This document shows positions 10,272-21,458 of a stretch of 64,000 nucleotides of DNA, one piece after another (positions within the stretch are counted from its first letter, which is position 1; every line of letters begins with the position of its first letter). The stretch lies in the NCBI RefSeq assembly GCF_011386835.1, contig NC_088795.1, forward strand, positions 76,446,001 through 76,510,000. Direction: 5' to 3'. This DNA is from Chrysemys picta bellii. Its lineage: Eukaryota. The position numbers were made by a program, and so were the translations under genes. Under the pieces are notes generated by a model. It made no database searches, had not been told where the DNA came from, and saw only the letters and a program-made list of their open reading frames with translations.

Positions 10272-12077
10272 CCGACGCAGCCTGAAGAGCCGCTTTGGCC
10301 GCCATCGCCCCCTCATCCACCAGAGCCTTAAAGTCCTTTCTCTCCCACTCCGGGAGAAGAGGTTCGAACTTTGGCAGGGACTCCCATAGCTTAAAGTCAT
10401 ACTGGCTCAGCAAGGCCTGATGATTGGCGACCCTGAGTTGGAAACTTGTAGAGGAATAAAATTTCCTACCAAAGGAGTCCAGTCTTCTGGCGTCTTTGTT
10501 CTTGGGAGTGGGTGCGGGCTGGCCCTGTCGCTCTTGGTGGTTCACAGATTCCACCACTAGTGAGTTAGGTGCCGGGTGAGAATAGAGGTATTCGTGGTCC
10601 TTGGCTGGCACGAAGTACTTCCTCTCAGCCTTCTTGGAAATCTGGGCTAAGGTGCCGGGAGTTTGCCACAAGGTGTTGGAGATATTGGCTACCCCCTGGG
10701 GAAGGGGTAGTGCCACGCAGCCCGGTGCCGAGGAAGACAGTACATTAAAGAGGGAGTCGGACGGGCCCTCCATCTCCTCAGCCTGCAGGAGGTTGGACGC
10801 CACCTGGTTTAGCAGGTCTTGACGCACCTTAAAATCCTCTTGCGGGATAGAGGGCGGAAGTGCCGTTATGGTGTCATCGGGCACCGTGGGCCTCGGTTGG
10901 TATCGGAGGATCGACCCCCAGGTCAGAGTCCCGGCATGGAGCTGCTGACTCATGACCTGCCGATTTGTCCCTCGACTGAGATGGAGACTGGGACACCCCG
11001 GCCACCAAGCGGGTTCCTGTCCGGGTGGGCACTGGTGGCCACAGTGCCCATTAGGCACCACTGTTCCTGCCACGGGGCCCCTTGCCACTGTCCAAGTTGA
11101 GGGCCTGGTGTGCTGGCTGGTCCAGCTGAGCCGCGCGGCCCCGGAGATGGGTGCCGAGGCCACCGTCGAGCACGTGGTCCCATAGGAGTGGTAGGAACGA
11201 CTGTGCCTGCAACCGCTGTCTTCCACGGGACTGGGACCTCGGCGTCGAGGACCAATACCCATCAGAAGTGCAGCTTCAGTAATCACCTCGGCACCGGGAG
11301 CCGGAGAATCGCAAGGAGAGTCCCGTGTGCGATGTCTGGCAGAGTGGGAACTTGAGCAGGAGCGTCGACGTTGGTCGCGCCAAGACAGTCTATGGTAACT
11401 GCGCCGCGAGAACGAGCATCTCCGGCTCCTGTCTTGGTGCCTGCGCAGCATGAAGGGACCCTGAGATTCCTGCCCAGGCGGTGAACCGATTAGCCTGGTT
11501 GGCATCGAGGGCAGGCGGAAGCTGCGAGTTGACAGGCCGCTGTGTGTCGAACGAGGCAGGGAGTGGTCCTCGGAGTGGGAGCTGTGCCGCGCTGGGGAGG
11601 TCTGACGAGCACCCAGCAGTGGCTTGCTGCAGGACTGAGTGCCCGACACCGGTGGCGCCCCAGGTACCGGTAGGCTCAGAATGTCTTGCCTGTAGAGCCT
11701 CCGGTGTCGATGGCATCCTGGCCGCAAGAAATGCGTGTGTGGATGGTGCCGGGCTGCTCCGCTCAGCACGAGTCGGAGCTTTTGGGCCTGGGGGGGACCG
11801 AGGGCTGCCCAACGCGGGACCAGCCTCTCCCCTTTCCTTCTCTCGGCACCACTGCGAGGCGGAGCCCCTCTCTTGCTTCTTGGAGGGGGCCTCGCTGCGC
11901 ACTGAGTTGGGGCCAGTGCCAATTCCATAAGGAGAGTTTGAAGCCTGATGTCCCTCTCCTTCTTAGTCTGTGGTTTGAATGACCTGCAGATCACGTGAGT
12001 TTTGCCCAAGCAGCGGAGACACTCAGCATGGAACGGCGACAAGAGTCGCACGACTTGAAACCTGGGGCATGGGGCAT
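10270..12077 (-). pseudogene. DIRS gag-like ORF (N-terminal Cys/His motif, LAP2alpha-like C-terminal region), frameshifted at the start and C-terminally deleted
   Basis: ATG at 12075-12077 gives MPHAPGFKSCDSC; the frame then shifts into the 629-codon ORF (CLRCLGKTH..C..FKP.TKKERD.RL..LLME; YLYSHPAPNSLVV; KDARRLDSFGRKFYSSTSFQLRVANHQALL). Confidence 0.88.
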
Positions 12078-12983
12078 GCCCCGAGCCCACTCTAACAACT
12101 GAAAACCGCTAACTGTAGCAAACGGTACCACTAAGGAATAGAAAGGCTGCAGTGGAGCTGGAGCACAAAGTTCCGACCACCTTCACAAGAAGGAACTGAG
12201 GGTGGGTGATATAGACGTGCTACTCCAGGGATCGCAGCGGTGCTCCCTCAGTACGGGTACTGCAAAGGGAAAAACTCCCGGCATGCACACCTACTGTGGA
12301 ATACACATGAGCAATCACTCGAAGAAGAAACAAGACTTCACTGTTTTCAACACTGCAGAATTAATAGTGTTTCAGCAAAGCAGCCAAACAAGATACGATA
12401 GTGACAGGTGCCTTATATATACCTGTAATAATTAATTACCTCAACAAAATTACATGACAGATCACTGCATTTTAATTGATAGTGATGATGTAGGAAGCAT
12501 AAGAAAAATTGATTTTCAGAATTGTGAAATATTTCCAAATTGAGTGGCTTTGATTATACTGCTAGCCAAGAGAAAAATCTTGTATGCAATATGAACATGA
12601 ACATTATCAAATTTACAATCTGCTTGCTGACCAGAATCCCATTTTAAAGGATAATATGGGCAATTGGGTTGGCTAGGACATTGTGAATATTCCAGCTCTA
12701 GTGAAAAGTACACTGGGATTTTTAAGGACCCCAAATAGTCTAGAATTTGGTTTTACAGTATGTCTCAGCCAAAAGACCTACTAAAAGAGTGTAAATTCAT
12801 GTCGTTTTCTCTACCTGAAATCACAGTAAATATTTATAGAATCCAAGAATCTCAATGTGGTTTTCAAATACTCATTAACCCTCAGACTGTCCTTTTACAG
12901 ATAGGCAAATCATAAAGCTCTCGATCATAAAGTAATTCCATGGCAAAGGTACCCCAACATTTTTAGTCCCTGTCCAGTGCTAT

Positions 12984-13110
12984 TAGGGTGACCAGATGTC
13001 CCGATTTTATAGGGACAGTTCTGATATTTGGGGCTTTTTCTTATATAGGCTCCTATTACCCCTCCCCCAGCCCCGTCCCGATTTTTCACACTTGCTGTCT
13101 GGTCAGCCTA
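12984..13110. mobile_element. hAT-type MITE (TIR TAGGGTGACCAGA)
   Basis: TIRs at both ends and a perfect 8-bp TSD AGTGCTAT (12976-12983 / 13111-13118). Sister copies at 20886 and 27323. Confidence 0.92.
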
Positions 13111-13156
13111 AGTGCTATACAATTGGATTACATAATCTTTTAGTCATTTAACTCAC

Positions 13157-13490
13157 CTGCATGTCTGGTGATGAAACCTTTTTCCTTTTAAGAAGCATTT
13201 ATTTGGAGATTCTATACATTCACAGATACATTTTGCAGAATTTAGTGGCTGATGTTTGGGGCAGGTTCTTTTACATACACACTGGCACTTATCTTCATCA
13301 AATTCTTTGTTGGGACCACAGGAACTAGGCAAAAGTTTGTTTTTACATGTACACTGGCACGATGTTCTATCTAATTCTTTTTGGGGTCCACAGCTTGAAG
13401 GCCGTACACCCCCTTTGCAAACACATTGACAGGTTTCTTCATCAAGCTCTTTGTTAGGTCCACAGATATCATGGAATTCGTCAGCAGTGT
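13157..13490 (-). CDS. VEGFC: VEGF-C exon 6 (Cys-rich silk-homology/BR3P repeats)
   Basis: ttcctAG|...|GTGAGT, 334 nt. Translates DTADEFHDICGPNKELDEETCQCVC...KCFLKGKRFHHQTC(S). Confidence 0.98.
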
Positions 13491-13785
13491 CTAGGAATAC
13501 AGCAAACATAAAAAAATCGAAATCCACACATTACTAAAAATGGAGAACCCATCTGTGTATTTCACTTTTTTTTATTAAGGAATTATGATAAATCCAATTT
13601 TAAAATGATGAAAATATAATCCGACCTGAGAATGCGTGTTACTTATCTAAAATGCCATTCTGTAAACAATGAATTACAAAGAATTAAAAATATTCAAACT
13701 GTTTAATTTGCATGGTGTATTGTTTTCTTTTTCTATAAATCAGCACAGAACAACTACGTTTATCCTATAAAATATAACTGCTTAC

Positions 13786-13895
13786 CAGTATCTCCATGTT
13801 GGGAAGAGAAACTGAAGTCATGCTGCGCCAGACATCTGCAAATCTGATTATTCCAGATAAGATTCTTTGGACAAGTTTTGTTTGCCACCTGACAC
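13786..13895 (-). CDS. VEGFC: VEGF-C exon 5
   Basis: catAG|...|GTAAGC, 110 nt. Translates (Q)CQVANKTCPKNLIWNNQICRCLAQHDFSFSSQHGDT(D). Confidence 0.97.
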
Positions 13896-15039
13896 CTATG
13901 GATGAAATACACTGTTTGTTTATTACCATAAAAATACAAAAGATAAGTATCTTTATATATGGATAACAGGCATTCTCCTGTTAGAAATGTAACTGTTGAA
14001 AGCTTTGATTTCATTCATATTGTTAGCAGCATATTGCACTGTATAGGTTATTTTCTTTTCCATATATGAAAAACTGATTATAAAACATACTGGGTTTTGC
14101 GATCCAATTTCATCTAAGCATGTATATACTACTACACATAAATTATGATTTAGTGCAGTACATGTAATAAAAATGTCATGATGCTCTGCTTCACTAGAGG
14201 GCTGCCAATTGGGAAGACAGGTTCAAGGACAAGTACAATTTGACTCATTTAAAGCATTATAGGTATTAAGAGAAAAAGGTGTGAGTAATTAGCACTGGAA
14301 TGACTGATAAAGTTTTCAGCAAGTCCAGTCGAGCTCTGTCTTTTTAACATGTTCAGAATTCACTTAATCCTAATTGAAGGTGGAAATGTTTTTCCATTTT
14401 GGAAAATTTCCTTGAATTGAAATCCATCCCTGAACTGAAAATACATGACTATTTGTGATATTTTTGTTACATCTCTAATTTTTTTAGAAAACTAGATTTG
14501 TTAAGTCAGAAAAGGAGGTTTCAAACTGGGAACTGGGCCTCTTAAAAATGTAAAAGAGAATATTTTAAAATATTTGAGAATGAAAAACATTTTCTTGGTT
14601 TTCTAAGCAACTGGCTGCAAAACTGAATTGGAATATTTTACATTCAGTACTTATCATTAGGACCACTAAAGATAAAATGAAGCTCATTCAGCATTTGCTA
14701 ACAGCTGATATGATCAGAACAGCACAGCTTTTTAAGGAGGCAAAAATGTTAGTGGAGCACTTACAAGTTATAAGATAAGGCAGCCCTTCTAATATTACTC
14801 AACATAAAGTCCACTTCTGTAGGGAAGCCATAGATATAGGGGGAAAAAAAATCCGACCACTTTTTACAAAGAGTTGGTCTCTCTGCATAGAAGACTATTC
14901 TGATCTTATGGCAAAACAACAGCAAAAGTATCTGATCTACTGACAAAAAAGATTTCAGCATGTTATTGCCAGAGAATCCAAACTGTGGGATTATATACAC
15001 AAATGGTCATATTCTAATATATTTAAAGGGTAATGTAAT

Positions 15040-16708
15040 TAGTTTGATTTGCATTAACTTGATTTTTTTTGAGATTACAAGTTTTATGAATAAAGGTTAT
15101 AGTGTTGATGTAATATACTTAGACTTCTGTACGGCATTTGACTTGGTTCTGCATGACATTTTGATTAAAAGAATAGAATGATATAAATGTCAGTTTTTAA
15201 TCCATTCAATGTGTGTGCTAACTGATAGGTTTCAAAATGTAACTGTAAATGAGGAATAGTCATCAAGCAGGTGTGTTTCCAGTGGAGTCTTGCAGGAAAC
15301 AGTTCTTGGGCCTATATGGTTTAACATTTTTATCACTGACCTGTAAGAAAACAAAAAACCATCACTGATAAAGATTGCAGATGATACAAAAATTGAGGAA
15401 GTGGTAAATAATGAAAACCAGGTCACTGTTTCAGTGTGATCAGGATCACTTGGTAAAGTGGCTACAAGCAAATAATGTTTTTTTTTTATGACTAAAAATG
15501 TTAATGTACACATTTAGGAAGAATACAGGCCATACTTACAGGATGGGGGACTCTATTCTGGGAAGCAATGACTCTGAAAAAGATTTTTTTGGGGGTAGAG
15601 GGTGGATAAACAGCTGAACATGAACTCCCAGTGTGATACTGAGGTCAGTAAGAGTTAATCTGAGCTTTGGATGCATAAATAGGGGAATCTCGAGTAGGAG
15701 TAGAGAGGTTATTTTACCTCTGTATTTAGCATTGGTGTGACCGCTGCTGGAACACTGTGTCCAATTCTGATGCCCATAATTCAAGAAAGATATTGATAAA
15801 TTGGAGAAGGTTTAGAGAAGAGCCACAAGAATGGGTAAAGTATTAGAAAAACATGCCTGTGAGGGGTGTCTACCTGACAAGGCCTGAGTAGGTAAAAAAG
15901 AGCCAATTAGCCCCATGACAGGCTGCACCTGGAGGAACAGCCAGGCTTAACCTACCATGAAGTTTAGCTGGGCAGGAGCAGGCTGGTTAGTATAAAGCTT
16001 GGAAGTTGAGAGCAGGATGGAGGTGCAAGGAAAGACTCTGGAGCAGAGAGGTGGTGAAGAGGACGCCTACAGGGGAGAATAAGCCCTTGGATACTAGCCC
16101 CAAAAGAAGGGTCAAGCCAGAGACGTTGGAGAGTGAAGACCTGAGAAATGGGGTAGGAAGAAGCCTAGGAAAACAGCAGAGAAGGGTGGGACTGTGAAGA
16201 CCTTGGCTGCTGGTTATAGGGTCTCTGGGCTGGAACCCAGTGTGGAAGGAAGGCCTTGGTTCCTTGGCCAGTCACTGGGAAAGTGGCACAGGATCTGGTG
16301 AATTGGAATAGAAGACAGGCTGGGACAGCATATGGACAGTTTGTCCAGTGGGAATTTGTTACCTCAGAAGGGGAAAACTATATAATGACCTGGTGTTAGG
16401 GCTGAGTCAGGAAGAGAGAGCACCCTAAGTCCTGGAGCATGAGAGGAACTGTGGGGCAAGTGAGTGATAGAGGGGGATGCTAGACCAGGTGAGAGCTGAT
16501 GCCTAGACCCAGCTAGAACCCTGTTACAATGCTTTATAGTGATAGACTCAAAGAGCTCACTCTATTTTGCTTCACAAAGAGTAGGTTAAAAGGTGACTTG
16601 ATTACAATCTAGAAATATCTACGTGCAGAACAACTATTTGATAATGGGCTGATCACTCTAGCAGAGAAAGATCTTAAGGCTGGATGTTGAAGCTAGATAA
16701 ATTCAGAC
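15040..16708 (+). mobile_element. CR1 LINE fragment (RT to 3' region), interrupted by a solo LTR
   Basis: VDVIYLDFCTAFDLV, (K)IADDTK and CVQF motifs in broken frames. The CR1 sequence resumes after 16528 (ttatagtgatagactcaaagagctc). Confidence 0.88.
15858..16528. mobile_element. Solo LTR (Gypsy-like), 671 bp
   Basis: TGT...ACA termini, flanks atgcc/atgct (5-bp TSD with one mismatch) and a tataaa box at about 15991. It splits a contiguous CR1 sequence. Confidence 0.82.
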
Positions 16709-16940
16709 CCCAGCATGAGGAAAAACTCCCATCCAAATTAATAAAAATTGCTATCTCCTTTTTTCAATTGCTTTTTAAAACCCATTCCAATCTTGTAGGG
16801 GCCAGCATGGGTGGATTAGTCAGGAGAGCAATAAGCTAATAACAAAAGGAGAGGATGAAAAGGGGGAACTAATGACCATTCATTTAGAACAAGATCAGGA
16901 TGTTGATAACAAAATTAATCGAGGCACCAAGAGAAGAGGA

Positions 16941-17028
16941 AGGGTCCTAGCATGGGTGGATAGGGAATTAAGAATTCTTATTCTTAATAATGAATTCTTA
17001 ATTACTTATCCACCCATGCTAGGACCCT
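16941..17028. repeat. 88-bp near-perfect inverted repeat (hairpin) of unknown origin
   Basis: 37-bp arms agggtcctagcatgggtggata...aattaagaattc with 2 mismatches around a 14-nt AT-rich centre. Confidence 0.9.
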
Positions 17029-17084
17029 CAGTAATTAGCAAGAGAAATTTAAATAGATTATTTATGAGCATAAATTCAACCTAG

Positions 17085-17587
17085 TGGTACCTCCTATTGG
17101 GGACTAATCCTATTCAACATATTCATAAATGATCTGGAAAAAGAGGTAAACAATGAGGTGGCAAAATTTGCAGATGATACAAAACTACTCAAGATAGTTA
17201 AATCCCAGGCAGACTGCGAAGAGCTAAAAAAGGATCCCTCAAAACAGGGTGATTGGGCAACAAAATAGCAGATGAAATTCAATGTTGATAAATGCAAAGT
17301 AATGCACATTTGAAAACATAATCCCAACTATACATATAAAATGATAGGGTCTAAATTAGCTGTTACCACTCCGGAAAGAGATCTTGGATTATTTCGGGAT
17401 AGTTCTCTGAAAACATCCATTCAATATGCAGTGGCAGTCAAAAAAAGCAAACAGAATTCTGGGAATCATTAAGAAAGGGATAGATAATAAGACAGAAAAT
17501 ATCATATTGCCTCTATATAAATCCATGGTATGCCCACATCTTGAATATTGCATGCAGATGTGGTCGCCCCATCTCAAAAAAGATATA
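17085..17587 (+). mobile_element. CR1 LINE RT fragment (younger subfamily)
   Basis: LFNIFINDLEKEVNNEVAKFADDTKL, KFNVDKCKVMH and RPHLEYC-like motifs. Truncated at both ends. Confidence 0.9.
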
Positions 17588-17779
17588 TAGTGTCATTCTG
17601 TCATAAATGATATTACCTGTTTGAGTCGCAGACAACTCAGAAGCAATGATCTTGAATACTTCAGTGTTTACCAGGTAAAGCACAAGATGAGTACTAGCTG
17701 GTGTCTGCTACAGACCACCAAATCATATGAGGGAACAGGGATGACTGATTCTTTAAGCCCTATCTATGATGTGTAAGGG

Positions 17780-17992
17780 AAAAAGGCCCTGAGCTCCCAG
17801 AGGGAGGCAGCGAGGGAAGCCCCAAGCTCCCAGCTGCTATAGGAAGTAGTGTGGGGATCCACAGATCCCCATTTTGTCAGGGATATTTTTAGTAAAAGTT
17901 AGGGACAGGTCACGGCTTCCGTGACATTTTCTGTTTTGCCTGTGAGCTGTCCGCGATTTTTACTAAAAATATCCCTGCCAAAATCTTAGCCT
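17780..17992. mobile_element. Fragment of a fold-back DNA transposon (MITE)
   Basis: Internal inverted pair attttgtcagggatatttttagtaaaa / ttttactaaaaatatccctgccaaaat ending in cttagcctta. Confidence 0.55.
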
Positions 17993-17999
17993 TAGTGAT

Positions 18000-20008
18000 G
18001 AATATAAATTAAGAGAATGCAATTGTAGAAAATTGATCAGAGAAGCAAAAAGATCCAAGGTGAAATCAATGACCATCAGAGTTAAGGACAATAAGAAGGA
18101 GTTTTAAAAAAAAATATTAGGAACAAAAGTAATCCTAACAATGATATAGTCCATTACTAGATGGAAATGCTAGAATTGTTAATAAAAATGCAGAAGGGTT
18201 CAATACATATTCCTCTTCTGTATTTGGGAAAGCCAGATGAAGTATTCATGTGGTGATGACGAAACACTTTCCATTCCAATAGTAATTCAGAAGGATGTTA
18301 TACACAGCTGCTAAAGTTAGACCATTTTAAATCAGCAGGTTTGGATAACTTGAATCAGAGTATTAAAAAGAGCTGGCTGAGGAGCTCTCTGGGCCATTAA
18401 TGTTGATTGTCTATAAGTCTTGGGGAAGTTCCAGAAGACTGGAAGAAAGCAATTGTTGCATGAATATTTAAAAAGGCTAAACAGGATGACCCAGGAAATT
18501 ACACGCTTGTTCTTGGCAAATAATGGAATGGCTGATATGGGACTTGATTAATAAAGAATTAAAGCAATGTAATATAATTAATGACAATCAACATGAGTTT
18601 ATGAAAAGCAGATCTGGTGAAAATAACTTGGTATTTTTATGAGATGACAAGCTTGATTGATAAAGACAATAGTGATGATGTAATACGCTTAAACTTTTGA
18701 AAGGCATTTGACTTGGTACCTTGTAACACTTTGAATAAAAAAACTAGAATGATATAAAATCAACATAAACACATTAAAACTGGCTAACTGAAAGGTATCA
18801 AAATGTAACTGTGAGTGAGGAATCATCCTTAGGTGGGTGTAGTTAGGGAGGTCCTGCTGGCTTGGGTCTTAGCCCTGCACTATTTCAGACTTTTATCAAT
18901 TACCTGGAAGAAAACAAAATCATTACTAATAAGTTTGCAGATGATACAAAGATTGGGGAAGTGATAAATAATGAAGAGGACAAGTGATGTATACAGAGCC
19001 ATCTGGATCACTTGATAAGCTAGGTCCAAGCAAACAATGTGTGTTTCAATATGGTCAAATGTAAAATCATACATCTAGATTGAAAGAATTTAGGCCATAC
19101 TTATTGGACATGGGACTATCCTGGGAAGCAATACTGAAAAAGGTTTTGGGCTCAATGTGACCCTCAATGTATAAACAGGGGAATATCAAGTGAGAATAGA
19201 GCTTATACACCTCTTTATTTGGCACTAGTGTGATTGCTGCTGGGATACTGTGTCTAGAATTCAAGAAGGAGGTTGACAAACTGGAGAAGATTTAGAAAAG
19301 AGCCACGAGAATGATTAAACAATTGGAAAAAACTACAATAAAAGGTGTGATTGCAACTTGGGTGCATCTACCTATGCCAGCTTTAGTTTAGCCAACACAG
19401 CTGAAAACAGCAGTGGAACCATGCGTGTGGGCTTCAGCATGGGCTGTACAAGTCTGCTTGGAACCCTAGGTGAGTGCTTGCATTCCTAGTCTGCACTGGT
19501 GTGGCTTCACTGCTATTTTTAGCTATGCTAGCTAGATTAAAGCTAGCGCATGTATGTCTACCTGAGATGCAATCACTTTCTTCAACTGCAGTGTAGATAT
19601 ACCCCTAGTGAGAGAGAGCAAAATCTGATTAGTTTATCAAGAGTAGGTTAAGGGATAATTTGCTCATAGTCTAAGTACCTACATAGAGAACAGAAATTTG
19701 ATAATAGATGGCTCTTCAATCTAGCAGAGAAAAGTACAACAGGATCCAATGGTTGCAAGTTGAAGCTAGACAAATTTAGACTGGAAATAACATGCAACAA
19801 TTTTAACTGTGACGGTAATCAGTCATTGGGACAATTTACCCAGCATTGTGGCAGATTCTCCATCACTGCAATTTTTAAATCAAGATTGAACTAGACTCTG
19901 GATGTTTTTCTAAAAGATTATGCTCTAAACAGGAAGTCCTAGGGCCTGTGTTATGCAGGAGGTCGTACTAGATGGTCTCAGTGGTCCCTCCTGGCCTTAT
20001 AATCCACA
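18000..20008 (+). mobile_element. Older CR1 LINE, 5'-truncated, reaching its 3' end; interrupted by a Harbinger MITE
   Basis: PEDWKKA, D.IRLNF*KAFDLV and KFADDTK motifs, plus a CR1 3' UTR ending in ggtccctcctggccttataatc. Confidence 0.87.
19335..19604. mobile_element. PIF/Harbinger MITE nested in CR1
   Basis: Right TIR cagtgtagatataccc. Internal palindromic arms (ggtgtgattgca...tgcaatcact). Left TIR decayed. Confidence 0.6.
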
Positions 20009-20014
20009 AATTTT

Positions 20015-20285
20015 ATAATTAATAATTTGTACTGTCATAGCACCCAGGATCCTCAGTCATTGTAAGAGCTCAATGGAGTCCTGGTCCAACACAAAACAAA
20101 AAGACAGTCCCTGCCCCAAAGAGCTTATGATCTAAGTATAAGCAAGAGGTGACAGATGGATACAGCTAGTTGAGGGGATACAAATAAACAGTGAGATAAT
20201 ATTGGTCAGCATGATAGGCTGTGGTCTTAGCATGCCAGCAGTCTAACCACGGTCAATTTTTTGCAGGCATCACAGCAAAGGAATG
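20015..20285 (-). mobile_element. L2-like LINE 3' fragment
   Basis: aaagacagtccctgccccaaagagcttatgatctaag is the reverse complement of the L2 tail pattern also seen at about 7240. Confidence 0.5.
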
Positions 20286-20885
20286 TAGACACCCAGAGGT
20301 TGTAATAGAAATGTTGACTGGTACTTACAGAGCTATGTTAAATGGGTGTCTTAGTTTTCATGTTCTTTCTATATTTCTTCTTAAATAGGCTATTTTATAT
20401 TCCTTTTATGGTTCAAATCATTTCTGGAGTTGATCAGCATGGTACCACTGTTTTCAGGTACAACAACTGTATTCTGCTAAATTCTGAGGTCCATGCTCAG
20501 TCTACACTTAGACAAACTCTCACTGGAATCAGTGGGAGTTTGCCCGAGGAAAAAAGTGAGTGAAATTTATTGTTTTGTTTTTGTTTACCCACCATGTCTG
20601 TAATTTTGAAGAGGTAGATTGTTCTGTAATGAATGAAAAACAGTTTTGACTATTGTTCAGCAACCTGACTGCTTTTGCAGCTTGATGCTTTATAAAGAAA
20701 ATTATAATGATTATTAAAATGAATAAGCAAGTCCATGATTTGGCTGATTAGGGATTAGTCATAACCCAAACTGTGTGGTACAGTACTTTATGATTTGATC
20801 ATATGTAATCATTTTATATACTAGTTTTATTTAAAAATCAATAGCTGCACTACAACACTGCATTGCAATCCTCCTCCCATGGAAG

Positions 20886-21012
20886 TAGGGTGACCAGACA
20901 GCAAATGTGAAAAATCGTGATGGAGGTGGGGGGAGGGTAATAGGAGCCTATATAAGAAAAAGTCCCAAAAATCGGGACTGTCCCTATAAAATCTGGACAT
21001 CTGGTCACCCTA
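20886..21012. mobile_element. hAT-type MITE (same family as 12984, inverted)
   Basis: TAGGGTGACCAGA TIRs; TSD catggaag/tatggaag. Confidence 0.9.
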
Positions 21013-21306
21013 TATGGAAGTCAATGGCAAAACTCCCTTTGATTTGAATGACAGTGGGTTCAGCCCCCTAGATTACATCACTGCTTAAATATACTGTGCT
21101 AACACCACTAATAGGGTTCCTCCCATGTAAAACAATGAAAACAATATATTTTCCTTATTAGTATATTTCCTAAAGCTGTTCTTGAAATGCATATTAGTAT
21201 TCACAATTAACCGAGTTCTATTGCCTGAATTACCACAACAAATAGTAAGCTATTGTACACAGGCTTTATGATAAGGCATAAGGAAATATGCAACTCATAT
21301 ACTTAC

Positions 21307-21458
21307 TGTGGTTGCGTTGCTGGCAAGGAGCGTCTAATGATTGAATGAACTTGTCTGTAAACATCCAGCTTAGACATGCATCGACAGGATGTATGATTAG
21401 CAAAACTGACTGTTACAGGTTTAGGGCCATGAGACAGCGGCACAGTAATCTCAAATAA
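21307..21458 (-). CDS. VEGFC: VEGF-C exon 4 (end of VEGF homology domain, furin site)
   Basis: ctgtAG|...|GTAAGT, 152 nt. Translates LFEITVPLSHGPKPVTVSFANHTSCRCMSKLDVYRQVHSIIRRSLPATQP(Q), including the HSIIRR/SL convertase site. Confidence 0.98.

Larger units (their letters stand above)
7520..12330 (-). mobile_element. DIRS retrotransposon (internally deleted, about 4.8 kb) in VEGFC intron 6, co-oriented with the gene
   Basis: Inverted terminal repeats (about 7545-7735 and 12185-12330), an ICR at 7769-7870 complementary to both termini, and gag, RT, RNase H, methyltransferase-like and tyrosine recombinase remnants in the canonical order. Confidence 0.95.

Noticed and set aside
8039-11982. 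Numerous plus-strand ORFs (e.g. 8665-9192, 11481-11930)
   Set aside because: They are antisense to DIRS genes in GC-rich sequence, where stops are rare by composition.
16709-17085. Mitochondrial insertion or endogenous viral fragment
   Set aside because: My manual translations gave no recognisable mitochondrial or viral motif. It is kept only as an unexplained segment.
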